A DNA stretch of 64,000 bases from Vicugna vicugna (taxonomy: Eukaryota). Position 1 is the stretch's first letter. Every line of letters starts with the position of its first letter. The notes below the pieces were generated by a model. That model ran no database searches and was not told the DNA's origin. It saw only the letters and a list, made by a program, of their open reading frames with translations. The position numbers were made by a program, and so were the translations under genes. Of this stretch, positions 1-30,129 are shown in pieces. The stretch covers positions 33,133 through 97,132 of the forward strand of contig MU057822.1 in NCBI GenBank assembly GCA_013265495.1, read 5' to 3'.

Positions 1-17843
<17,843 letters not shown>

Positions 17844-18600
17844 AGCCCCTTTGGGGCTGGAGAGCCGACCCCTGGAGGAGATGGTGGGGCCGCCTGTGTT
17901 CCCAAGTCAGGACGCCCCCCCCCGGAAGAGTTGCATTCTGGTGTGAGAGCGCCGTTTGTTCTGTGCCACGTGACCGCGCTCCCCCACCTGCCCAGCTGCG
18001 TTGCCGATGGGAGGTACCACTCAGCTGCGCTCGGACTGCAGCCATCGCAGCTCGAAGGAAAAGGAAGTATTACCAGAGAAAGAGAGAGAAATTGGTGCTA
18101 AGTCATTCTCTTCCTTAAAAAATGCTTGCCTGTAGGTTCTGGAAGGTTGAATCGCAGTGTTCCCTCTGCTGAACTAGATCCATTGGCTTCACAGGGTTGC
18201 GCTGATTACCGAGTGTTTTTTTTTTTTTTTATCAAAATACCCAGAGTTTTCTACTTCCTCACACTATTGTAGGTTCTCTTCCTCCCTCCCTCTGGGCCAC
18301 TGCCAGGAAACAGACGTTTAATCAGCAACTTGACAAAGACCGAAGTCTTGGGAAGAAGCCGTTTAATCACTCCCAGGTCCTGGGCAACAGATGACCTTTG
18401 AGTCACCTCGGCTCTCTGGGGAGATGGAAAGGCTCTCTCCTGGTCCCAGAGCGGTCCTGTCCTTCCCAGGAGGCCCCACAAGTGTTTGGCTAAGAATAGG
18501 CTCTCGGGAAGTTAACACTTCTAGGGAAGGACGGACAGGCCTTTGGTGCTGCAAGGTGGTTTCTCTCCACAGCTTTTTTAGGAGTTTTGCTGCAGATATT

Positions 18601-18646
18601 TATAAAAAGTAACGCCATCTGTACCCACTGACCGTTTGTACATAAA
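18601..18646 (+). terminator. SMTNL2: Candidate SMTNL2 polyadenylation signals (variant TATAAA and CATAAA)
   Basis: TATAAA 18601, TGTA 18620 and 18637, CATAAA 18641, followed by GT/T-rich sequence; I saw no AATAAA nearer the stop. Confidence 0.45.
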
Positions 18647-19014
18647 AAGACGTGTCTCACTTTGCTTGGGATTTGTCATTTCTGTTGGGAGATGGGGGAC
18701 CTGGGAGTAAGAGATTTCGCACACATTCCGAATGAAAATCTACTGAAGTCCCCCCTTGACTATTTCTGTACCCAAATCACTGCCCAGAAAGTTGAAACTC
18801 ACATTTTCTGTTTCTGCCTTTGCCGGTCAGCCACCCATCTCCGTGTCATCGAAGGAGTGTGTACATAAAGTTCCCCCTCACAGATCTGTCCCCTGGATGT
18901 TGACTGACAGATCTGTGACCAGCAGTGGGGTGGTCCCGCACGTGGGGGAGCCCCTCGAGGGGCGCTGGTTTATTTTCACAGCTGTTTGGTGGTAGGCTTT
19001 TAGTAGAACATCTT

Positions 19015-19187
19015 TTTATTTTATTTTTTTTGAAGTGTAGTTGATTTACAATGTTAGTTTCAGGTGTACAGCAAAGTGATTCAGTTATACATATATATAC
19101 TTTTTTTTCAGATTCTTTTCCATTATATGTTATTACAAGAAATTGAATATAGTTCCCTGTGCTCTACAGTAGGTCCTTGTTTATTTA
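19015..19187 (-). mobile_element. 5'-truncated L1 3' end with perfect 14-bp TSD
   Basis: T-rich tail then gaagtgtagttgatttacaatg..gttccctgtgc; TAGTAGAACATCTT at 19001-19014 and 19188-19201. Confidence 0.85.
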
Positions 19188-21759
19188 TAGTAGAACATCT
19201 TGAGACTCTATAAAGCCATGGCCATTAGCTTATTCTTATTCAAGAAGCATTTTCTAATGGAGTTGGGTTTTAGCTATGAACTTGGAGAAGTTCCCTTTAA
19301 GGAGCTAATAGGCATCTTCAGCCCATGTAGTAGGTTCTAAACACCAGCATGTGTGTGCCTTCTCAGAGTCACCTGTGGTCCCTTGTGTTGGGGGACAGAG
19401 CTCTTCGGGGGGTATCGGGAGGAACGCAGCAGAGCTTGCCAGGTGGGTGAGCCGTAGCGTAGTCTCGGCAGATTTGTTTGTTCAGGCTGCAGCCCTCGTT
19501 CAAGCCTTTGGATACTCCCACAGTGGGAACCACTCCCTTTCCAGCTCTCTCATCTCTCGGAGGCTCGGGGAAGGTGAGCTCTATTATTAGCAGAGACACA
19601 GCGCCTGGTCTTTTTTCATACTGAAGCTTAGGGTTTCAAACCTAAAGCCAATTTGGGAACACAAGGGCTCTACAAAAAGCCTGCCTATACGTTACGAGTC
19701 CTCACGCGTGTTCAGTGGAACTCCCCTGAACTGCAGACGGGGGCTGCACCTCTGCACATAAAACAGCATGTCCTACTGGATTTAGAAACTTCTCTTAAAC
19801 TTGAGGGAGGGTGTCTGTCATATCTTGCATTCAGAATAAACACAGACTAGATATTTTTAAAGTAGGTTCTGTGATGTTCTTATCTGTGTTTTGGGAGGAA
19901 GGGGGAGACCAGGGCTCATCAGCTTTAAGGGGTTTTAAAACTTGATTACCTCCAGGACTAAAGCCTGAGGCTTCCAAGGCGAGGGAGCGGGGCTGGATAC
20001 AAGAGGGCTGCACAATCTCAAGACGTTTGGAAACCATCCTTTTAGATCAGGCTTACATGACATTTCCCATTTGTGAAATTTGATTTTGAGTTGCCTACCA
20101 TGGTACAAATGGTTTCATGTGGTTGGGTTGTTTTTTTTTTTCCATCTCTCTCCTGAGAATTATTTCTCAGAGCTGCTTATAAGATTCTCCTGCTTTTCCA
20201 GGTAGATTCCTTCACCTGGATTTGGTTAAAACTTCTTGGGTCTGACCAAATTGGCTTGTGTGTTTCCCCACAGTAAATGTGTTGCCGGAGCCAAGAGGGG
20301 TTTTGGCTTTTTCTGACAGCTGACGGAGATTTTTCAAGGCAAATGAGAGCTTATGAGCACTTTCTGAATATGATATTGTGTATGCTGGTTAGAGGAGAAC
20401 GTTCAGGCCAGGTGTTTGGGGAACAGCCTGTGAAGGCCAATGAATTTCGCAAATGTGTCAGATGAAGTTCTCAGCTTTCGCTGTTGCAGTGGTCAGCGCT
20501 CTGTAACTGGAGGAGACAAGTATGAGAGGACATTTTCTGCCATCCCTGGTCTGAGGGATGCCAGACAATTGGCTGGCAGGCTAAAAATGCTGATTGCGTT
20601 GGTCGGTTTGCGGTGGGACATCTTAGCAGCCCAACAGAAGCAACTCTGAAACAAACACGCTCGGGACCCTTATAACTGTTGGAGTTGCTCAGACTTGCTC
20701 AAACAGCTGACCAACTCGTTCTGATGACTCGTTGCTGGTCGAGATGGCCAGCTTGTTTCCTCTTTGTTTCCTAGCTACGCTCTCAGGATCCACACGATCC
20801 TCTGCTCTTGCTGAACAATGCATGCTCTTGGTAGGGTTATTATCCATCTTGATCTCTCTTGCTTTTAAGATTTGGCTGAGGCTTGCTTTCAGAGCCTTTG
20901 ATCTCTTATCTCGCAGGTCTTGGACTTGCTTTGACATCAAACAGCCCCCTATTGCCCTTTGAAAGAACACTCAGGCTTGCCTCCTCCCTAGAAAGCACCA
21001 AACAAGAAAAGGAGGGGGCCAAGAATGCTGCGCTCTCTGGGGCATCCAGGCGGCCTCTGTGGGAGGGAGATGGTCTGACCAGGTGCAATAAAGAGCTGAT
21101 GGAGGCTCTGAATCAGGGCAGGTGATATGGGTGGTGACACCTGATAGATGCCAAATAGTATTTGGGTGCATCTTGACTTTCTCCCTGGTCCCTTGAGTTG
21201 ACCCACTGCTGTCACACAGGCAGGGGCAAAATCTGTATGTTTTACAAACCCAGTTTTTAATCATTCACAGTTACAAGTGTCCTGAGTGTGTTTGATGTCT
21301 CCGTAGTAGTGCATTGTTGGACCACCCACTTCCTGACACCTTTGACCCAAACTCTCAGTTCGCCCTTACCTGTTAGTCTCCATCATAGCTTCCTTTCTCT
21401 CCATCCATTGCTCCCCAGTGCTGTGTCTCATGCTCTGTGCTCTGTCTTCTACATCAGGGGTTCATAACCCAGGGCTGGCGTGGCTTTGGAAGTCTGGATG
21501 TCCAAACTGAAAGTTTTACCTCCCTTTTCCCTCTAAAACTGGTTCCTTCTCCAATGTTTGCTACCTCGGCAAATAGCGACATAATCACTACCCTTCATCC
21601 ATGCCAGGGACCTGAAAGTCACCTTGTACCTGGCCATCGCGGACCGACTGTCCTTTCATGCATCGTGAACCAGGCATTTGTAAAACCCTCACCCATGAAG
21701 CCTCAAGATTTCTACTGAGTGTCCTGGAGCATCAGAGCTGTTAGTTTTCTGCAAGGTTT

Positions 21760-22520
21760 TATTCTGAAAATCCTCAAATTTACAGAAAATTGAAAGGAGA
21801 GTTCAGTGAACATTGTGTGTGCCTTTGCCTTGACAACAGTCTGCCATGTTTGTGTCCTGTCTCTCTCCGTTTCTCTGAGCCACTTGGAAGTAAGGTACCG
21901 ACATCCTGACACTCAGCCCTAGATCCTTCAGCAGGTATCGAGCGAGAATAACAACAGTCTCCCACATAAGCACAGTATATTAGCACACCCAGGAAACCCA
22001 TTCACCTCATGTACAGACTACATTCAAATTTCCCTGTTTCCACATGTCTTTTATGGCTGTTAAAGAATTTTCAAACTCCAGGTTCCAATCAGAGTTCACA
22101 CACTGCATGTGATAGTTATGTCTCTTTAATCTCTTTTCATCTAGAATGGTCTCTCCACTTTTTGTTCACTATTTTTCACCTAACTCTTTTGAAGAGCCCA
22201 GGCCGGATGCCTCATAGACTGTTCCCCATTCCGCTCTTGCTGGTCACCTCCTGAGGAGATTCAGGTGAAACGTGTTTGGCACCAATACAGCCCAGGTGAT
22301 GGGTATCCCGTGGCGCCCATCAGGAGAACATGCGGCAGGTTTGCCCACTGTGGGCCACGGGAGGGTTGGTGGCGTGGTGAAGGGGCTCCAGCAGACCCCT
22401 CCCCTGCCTTCTTTCCCCCTGTAATTAGTTAGGAATCTGTGAGTGATGTTCTTGAGACCATGTGCGTATCCCATGTCAGTGTCCCGTCCCCCGACACTTT
22501 TAGGATTATTGAGTGATGAT
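21760..22520 (-). mobile_element. Ancient L1M (L1MC-like) fragment
   Basis: caaatttacagaaaattg..gagccacttggaagtaagg..cacactgcatgtgatagttatgtctctttaatctc pattern. Confidence 0.55.
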
Positions 22521-22588
22521 TTTTGCCTGATTCTGTGATTAGACAGGAGCTGAAAAGGGTGCTTTTTTAAAAATTGTTTTTAAGTTAC

Positions 22589-22690
22589 TTTTTGTTTGTT
22601 TTTTTGGAGGGAGGTAATTAGGTTTATTTGCTTATTTATGTGTTTATTTAATGGAGGTGCTGGGGGTTGAACCCAGGACCTCATGCATGG
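22589..22690 (-). mobile_element. tRNA-derived SINE, vic-1-like, 5'-truncated
   Basis: gaggtaattaggtttattt..atggaggtgctgggggttgaacccaggacctcatgcat; matches the copy at 49244. Confidence 0.8.
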
Positions 22691-25417
22691 AAACACGTGA
22701 TCAGAACAATTACCTCCTAAGCCGGCTTCCAGGCCTCCATTCATGGCCTTCTCTAACCCATCCTCTGTGCAGGGCCACCAGGGAGATCTTCCAGCGCAAA
22801 TCTGACTGCATCACCACCTCCACTGAATGGATTCCTGTCACCCGTAAGATAAGCGATTCCTCATCAGGGCATTGAAAGCCACCTAACCTGGCTCCAACTC
22901 TCACCTTTACCTTTATCCCCCACTGTTCACCTGAATCCTTCATGTTCAGAGCTCACTCTAAACATCACCTTCTCTGGGAGGCCTTCATGGACAGCCCTCC
23001 ACCATCTCTGTTCCCAGAGCGCCATAAACTTACTCTGTCCTCTCACTCACCACTCTTGTCACTAGACTGTAAGCACCAGGAGGTCAGAGAGCGGGCCTGG
23101 CTCCCTACTGGGTGCCCATGACCTAACAAGAGCCTAACACACAGTAGGTGCTTCATGAGTATTTTTTGAATAGATGCTCTGTGCCAGGCGAGCACAGGAG
23201 GAATGGGCTGAATGAATTGGCTGTTCTGGGCGCCTCGGCCCCGGCCCAAGTTTCTGAAGGTTAAGTGCTTCCTTTCAGAATGAATCAGGTGCCGCTGCGT
23301 CTGCTTCCAGCGGGACGTGCTAACCCAGCATTGCTTCAGTTCCAATCGCAGGAGACTCCTGACCGGCAGCGGGCGGAGCAGAGTCAGGTGTTTGTTTGTG
23401 GAGCAGATGTTGCTAAATGGAGGCGAAGGGAACAGGCTGTCACTGAGCTTCTCCAGGCTTGAACTGGAACCACCATGGGTTAAGAGGTTCAGATTTCAGC
23501 TCCCAGAGGGCAGCGTCCCTGCCTTGGATGAGGAATGGGAATTAGTGTCACGGAGAGTCCACTGGGAAGGTTTCCTTCCCTTGGGTCATTAGCAGAGCCT
23601 GAAAAGAAGGAAAATCACGTTCGGTTAGAACGGATGAGTGCTGAGAACACCGCGGGGGTCTGCTGCACTGGCCAGAAGGCAAGGTGAGGTGGGGGATGGG
23701 GTGGGAAAGCAGACCACGGCCAACCAAACCCCGCCCGCAGCAGAGTACAGCATCAGATCCGTCCTAGTGGGACAAAGCAAATTGCATTAACCACGTGGCA
23801 CGTGGCAGAATCACAGAGCAAACCACTGCCGAGTTTATGCATGGATTCCCTGGGGGGCAGAGAGAGGGCTGTGTGCTCATCCCCCTCCCCCCTGCCATCC
23901 CAGCCTTGGACAGACTTTGCACACAGTAGGTGCTCGGGGAGGCTCTGTTGATTGGACTGGGACAGATCATCTGCCCACATGTTGACACCACTCCACTGTC
24001 CTGGTTCCTATCGTATTGCACGTTGGCAAGTTTGGGGGACGCCAGGCCACTTTATCCCTCTATTAAAGGCTTGGACAGAACTGAAGCAGGTCTGCGAAGG
24101 GGAAGCTGATTCACAAGGATCTTGCCTCCCACTGTGGCTTTCCCTCTGCCCCACCCCCCGCTCCCTGGGGCAGAGCTGGGCTCTAAGCACAACCAGGCCC
24201 ACCCCCACGAGAGGCACTGATTCTCCAGAGAAAAACTCAAGGTTCTGTCCAGAACGGTGTCCCCTACCCCGTCGCTGCAGTTTTCGTCCGGGCCTAGGAA
24301 TCTCATTCCAAAGGAGATCTGTTTGTTTCTTTCTGTTACTTTATCCTCAGGCTTACGCTACCCAAAGAGAGTGACTAAGGGGAAACAGAATATTTTCAGC
24401 CAGGGGCCATCACAGTTGCTGTATCAAGTATCTTTTGGGGCAGTGGATTTCATGACAGGTGTGTTTTTATTCGGGAAAAATAATGCACTTAATTTAGAGG
24501 GATGGACTTCCCTTCCAAGAACATGCCCTCCCTCTCTCCCCTGCCCCCCTCCCACCTTCCAGTATCGTCTACAGTGATGGCAACCACCGTGTTTAGCCTG
24601 GAGAGACCACGACACCATAAGCCAGAAGACCCCGCTTCCAGTCCATATTTTTAATGACCATATAAACTCACGGAGCCATAGTTTTCTCCTCTTTCAGGTG
24701 AGCATCAGCCCTGCACCACCAGCGTGGAAGGGATGGGGGTGGATTAGTGAGATGATCTTGAGGGGACAGCGGTCCTCACTGGGACAGCAAGATGTGAATG
24801 GTGCCCTGTGTTGGTCTCAGCCCTCTTTCAGGCCAGAGACCTGAAGGCCAAGGCCCAGAGTGGAAAGGGGACTGGGTTGGGTGTTTTCTGAAATTGCCCT
24901 TGCCCTATGATTGGGTATTTTTTCCTTTATTTTAAAAAAAAAATTGATTTTAGTAAAACAAAACCTACATCCTTTAAAAAACTATTTTATCAACGTAATA
25001 CAAGTACGTAGAATAAAAAGTCAAATGGTACTAAAAGACACACTGAAAAGCACTAGCCTTTTCCCCTCCCACACCCTCGCCCCCTCTTGCTCCCCAGAAG
25101 GACCCATTCTTACAGTTCTTTCTTCTATTTCCCTTTGTATTTATCGCTCTATTTCTAATTGACATTGTTTCACTCTTCTCTCTCGATTTTCCCTATGAAT
25201 ACATCCCTTGACCTCCCACAATGGGAGGTAAGAATGTGCTTCTTCCACACCATGACACCATCACTTTCTCCCAGTCAGTCCCCCCACTCTCCCAACGTGG
25301 TCACATCACAATTTTTGGTCAAAGCAATGGTCACTGTTCACTTGGTTATGACTGTGCAAATAGTGTTCAACTCAGATTTTTCCCCAACCAAATTCTTATC
25401 TTCTTCCCCAAACCTGC

Positions 25418-25930
25418 TGTGGTGGTTTTAAAACATATTCACAAATCCTTGGACTCTCCTTGCATCAAGAGAGGGAACTGATCCCCTGCCTACTTGAATA
25501 TGGTGACTTGATTCTACGAGTAGAATGTAGCTGCAGAGATGCTGTGCTGCCTCTGATGCTGGGTCATAAAAGGCGATGTGGCTTCCCTCTCTGTTGTGGG
25601 ACACACTCTGTGGAGCTCTGGGCAACCATGTAAGGAGTCCAGCTCTTCTGAAGCTACCATGGTGGAGAGAGCATGTCGAGAGACCACGGTGGGAGACATA
25701 GAGAGGGAGAAAGAGACAGAGAAAGGGACAGAGGCCATGAAGATACGGATGTCTGAAGAGCCCCACCTGGTCCGTCCTCCAGCTATCCTAATCTTCTAGT
25801 CCAACCAGCAAGTCAGACATGTGCAACTGAGCCCAGTCAACCCCCAAAACCATGAGAGCTAATAATAAATAGATGATGGTGGTGGTTTTATGCCACTAAG
25901 TTGGGACTGGTTCGACAAGGGATAACAAGG
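25418..25930 (+). mobile_element. MaLR solo LTR (MLT1G/H-like)
   Basis: tgtggtggttttaaaacatattcacaaat..gaagctaccatggtggagag..gagcccagtcaaccc..atgccactaagttggg. Confidence 0.7.
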
Positions 25931-25934
25931 TCAT

Positions 25935-26600
25935 TGCTTCAACTTTGGTCTCCTCATCTCGTTGACTGCCCCTTCATCTTTCCAGTTGCTCAGACCAAAA
26001 ATCTTGGGGCCACTCTTGACTTCTCTCTTTCTTTCATACCTCACATCTGTTATGTCAAGAAATATTTTGGCTCTGCCTTCCAAGTGTACCCAGAGTCCAC
26101 TCACTTCTGTCCACACACCTCCAATCCTGGTCCAAGCTGCCATCAATCCTCTTGGGCCATCATGATTGGATCACTGTACTAGCCTTCTAACTGCAATAAC
26201 ATCTCTTCTTTTCTATTTTTTTGAGGGGAAGGGAGGTAATTAGATTTTTTTTTAATGGAGGTACTGGGGATTGCACCCAGGACCTCGTGCATGCTAAGAA
26301 CACGCTCTACCACTGAGCCATACCCTCACCCTGCAATAGCATCTTACTTCTACCTTTCTCCCTGCTATAGTTTATTCTTCACACATCAGGCAGAATTTTC
26401 CTGCTAACATGTGAGTCAGATCACAAAACCCTGCGGCAGTGCCCATCTCACTCAAAGTCCTCACAGTAGTCTGCAGAGCCTTCACATCCTGGTCCCTCTT
26501 ATCTCTCTGACATCATCCCCTAGTCTTCTTCTCCCCCTAATTCTGCTCCAGCTCCACTCTTCTTGCTAGTCCTCAGATGCATTAGGCTCATTTCTATTTT
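25935..26600. mobile_element. L2 LINE fragment, interrupted by a SINE
   Basis: ttccagttgctcagaccaaaaatcttggggcc..cttgacttctctcttt..cctggtccaagctgccatca. Confidence 0.65.
26205..26330 (-). mobile_element. tRNA-derived SINE, vic-1-like, with TSD
   Basis: atggaggtactggggattgcacccaggacc..ctctaccactgagccataccc; CTGCAATA(A/G)CATCT at 26191 and 26331. Confidence 0.88.
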
Positions 26601-26899
26601 AAACCCTTTACATGAGTCATTCTTTTATTTTATTTCCAGAACTAATCATTACTTTTTGTTTTTTATTTGCTTAGCATTCCATATACCAATCACTAATTTT
26701 TTCCCCAAGTGCATCAGCATTTCTGGATACTATTTTCTATGTCCTCAAACATGTCCTTTTCTTTATTCCTTGGGTGCCTCCCTTCTGGTCCCCTCTCTAT
26801 GTAATCCTGGCATTTCCTTTCACTGCCTTCCTGTATTGAATCCCATGAATTCTAGTTCCACAACTCCTTTCTTAATTTACTTTCTCATTTGGTTGGCAC

Positions 26900-27800
26900 A
26901 CATCCTGCAGTAGCTGTTTCAGAGAAGATACATGTGTGAGGTAAAATTTAAATCCTTGCATGTTTGAAATGTTTTATTCTACTTTTATTCTTTATTGATC
27001 ATCCAGTTACAAGTATTCCAGGCTGAAAATCATTCTCACACAGGAGTTCAAAGGGACTGCTCCATTATTTTCTAACGTCTTTGTGGCTATTTAGATGTCT
27101 AATGCCATTCTGATTTTCTGTACTATTTTTTTTTTCTGGAAGCTTTGAAAATCTTTTCCTTATTCAGGGTCTTCTGAAATTTGTGCTGGCATATCTTGGT
27201 GCGAATCTTTATTCATGATGTCAGGCACTTAGTGGGACCTTTCAATCTGGAGATTCATGTCCTTCAGTTCTGGAAAATGGTATTGTTTTTGCTAGAACTT
27301 CCTTCCTCCCATTTCTCTTTTCCCCTGTTCTCTCTTGAATTCCTACTAGTTGGAAATTGGAATTCCTGGACTGGTCCTCATTCTTATCTTTCCTCAATTA
27401 TTATTATTTTTAAACCTCTTGAACTCTTATTCTGCATTACCTCTCGAACTTTCTTTTAAGTATTTTCTTCTTACTCTCCTTTTTAAATATTTCCAAAATC
27501 TCATTCTTGTTTTCTCATTAATTCCCTTAAAAATAACATCCTACTCTTCTTTAATGACTATAGCATCTTATTTTATTTCTCTGAAGGAATTATTTAAAGA
27601 ACTTTTATTTTTTCACATTTTTTTCCTGCTCCCATCAGCTCTATTTCCTCTAGATTCCTTTCTCCTGCTTGTTTGGGTCCCTGTCTTTCAAATGTTTGAT
27701 GATCCTGGGCTGCCCATTCTTGTCTAAACCCGATTCACTAAAAAGATGAATAGAGGCTGTGAAGGAGTGGCTGGGTTTGTCAATGGGAAGGACTTAGTAC
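26900..27800 (-). mobile_element. Ancient L1M fragment
   Basis: T-rich degenerate L1 antisense pattern (tgccattctgattt..gggacctttcaatctggagattcatgtccttcagttctgg). Confidence 0.6.
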
Positions 27801-29049
27801 AAGGTAATTGAGCCTTTTCAATGGGGGCGTGACTCCAAAATGTCAGACATCAGAGTTCTTTTCTCTGAAGCCATCAGTTCTCCAGAGAACTTCTCAGATC
27901 TGCCGGCAGTGCAGGTGGGAGGGGCACGATGGGGGTGTGGAGAGGGCTGGGGTGAGCCTGCCTGCGATGCCTGTTCATTTTCAAAAGCAGAGGAGGTCTA
28001 ACCACCCCCTCACATGACCTTTAGCCCCCAGTTTTCGTGCCAGGCTCATTCCCAGCTTCTGGAGACCTTGGTCCTCCAAGTCCCCTGAACTTAGAGTTCA
28101 ACAGAGCCAACCCCCTTCTGCTGGTTGGTCTCCTTGTCTGCAGAGACACAGAAAGTGGTCCCCAGTTCCACCAAATCAGCCATCCACCTCTCCATCTTCC
28201 AAATGTTTGTGGGACTGTCTTGGCCATGCTGTCTCTTCTCCCATTTTCTCCCTTATAGGTTTATATGTATTTATTTTTATTCCTTTGCTGCCATTTTAGG
28301 AAGGCCTTGGAAGTGGGAAGTCAGCCGTCTGCCATGCTTCCTAAGAAGTGGGTTGCATTTAATAACAGAATTTGCTGTATCGCTCAAAGAAAAGGGAGGG
28401 CAGTTAAAATACTCAATTTGTGTGCAGGATGTATCTTCTCGCTCATAATCCACACGTGCTGTCCGTGAGGGGCCAGCACATCAAATTCCCAGATGATGGA
28501 CTGCCCTCCGAGGGCTGTTAGGAACTTTCAGTGAACTAGGACAAGAGAGATGTGTGTTAGCGCAGTGCCTGTATTTGAGTACCGAAGTACAATTACAGTT
28601 TGGAATGTACTTGACTAAGGGCTCTGGAGATTTCGGTGAACGCCTAACTATTCTGTTCTGTGTCCAAAAGCAAGAGCAGTCTTCTGTGAGCTTCTCCTGG
28701 GAGGTCCACCAGCCCCTGGGTCTCAGGCTCTGGATTTTGAGGAGGCGGTGGGGCAGTCCCTCCGGTCTCGGCCACTCATGTACTGTGCAGAATTGGCATA
28801 CATGGGGCATCCTGGCTCAGCCAGAACGTTCTTGCTTCTTGGCATGAACCCATCTCTTTGCAAACCCAGACACTGTGTGTCTTTCTCCTCAGCCCTCTTC
28901 TAAAGTTTGCTTCTACCCATTCTTGCCCGTACACATCTTTTTCAACATTCAAGTCACTCTTTAATTTGTGACAAAGAGAGCTGGGTTCTAGTTCTGCCCT
29001 TGCCATAAACTGCCTGGAAATAGCTCAGAGGTGGCATCTAGATTCAGTC

Positions 29050-29240
29050 TGCCCCAGTCTGAATCCCAGCTCTGCCACCAATTAGCAGTGTTCCGTGGGT
29101 AAGCCCTCAATCCTCCACGGCCTCAGCCTCCTCCTCCGTCCAAAGGAGATGATAATAATAGGTCCTAACACAGAGCCCTGCTGCGGGGATTAAAGAGCTA
29201 ATCCACTGTGAAGTGCCCAGCCTGGTGCTCAGCATTCAAA
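29050..29240. mobile_element. MIR SINE fragment
   Basis: tgaatcccagctctgccac..gcctcagcctcctcctccgt..ggggattaaa. Confidence 0.65.
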
Positions 29241-29690
29241 AAAAGCCAGCTGTAACTCTGATTATCTTTCCCAAGTTAAACCCTCAGGCAAACTTTGTTG
29301 CTTCGAGCACAACTGGAGATGAGGACTCTTAGGGGGGATGAAACTTTTCAAACGGCTGAGGCAGAGGAAATGTGATCTCCTTGATTATGTCTGTAGCTTC
29401 TACCAGACCACATAGCAACAGAACAACATAGCAACTAATGAAAGCAATTCCGTTTTGCTCAACCCGTCAACTTGATTTTTTTTTAATGTCATTCTGACTT
29501 AAAAAAAGAAAAAACAAAACCTCCCTGAGTAGTTTCCGCATCACATAGACAAACCCCCGTGGTAAAAGTGGCATTTGATTTTTGTTTCGGCTCAAAAGCA
29601 GTACTCATCACAAATTTATAAACGAATCCCAGACTCCCTCGTTTCTCATGAGCCTGTTATTTTATAAGCTAGTTGCGAGATTGTTACCAC

Positions 29691-29706
29691 AGTGCCCTCT
29701 AGTGGA
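29691..29706 (-). promoter_or_regulatory. CTCF motif
   Basis: Reverse complement TCCACTAGAGGGCACT fits the CTCF core CCASYAGRKGGCRS. Confidence 0.65.
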
Positions 29707-30129
29707 ACATAATGATTTCCTTGAGTTAGGTTGCTTAGATTTTAAATAGGAGTCCGTTTATTTATTACTCATAGTATTAGGCTCATTTGAAGATAGGACT
29801 TATCCACATACTTCACGAAACTTTAAAAAAATTACTCATGATTTATTTTTCAGTCCTTTGAACTGTAAGGCTTGGTTTTCACCATCTAAGTTTCTACCTT
29901 CTCGCAGAGCTGTTCCACCACGTGGGCACATCCATCCTACTGTCGTGGTTCTCTGGGTTCAGACAGATGCTCTCAAATTAGTCCACAGGAATTCTGGAGG
30001 AGCGGGGAGAGCAAGCCAATTGTTCTGCACAGGATAGGGGGTGCAGTTAGAATTCCCAAGAAACTGCCTGAAATCATCCTTTTGTGCCAGCTCCTATCCA
30101 ACTTCTCCCCAGCTGGATGCGCTGAAGAT

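Noticed and set aside
27181..27727. Hydrophobic membrane-protein-like ORFs
   Set aside because: T-rich antisense L1 remnant
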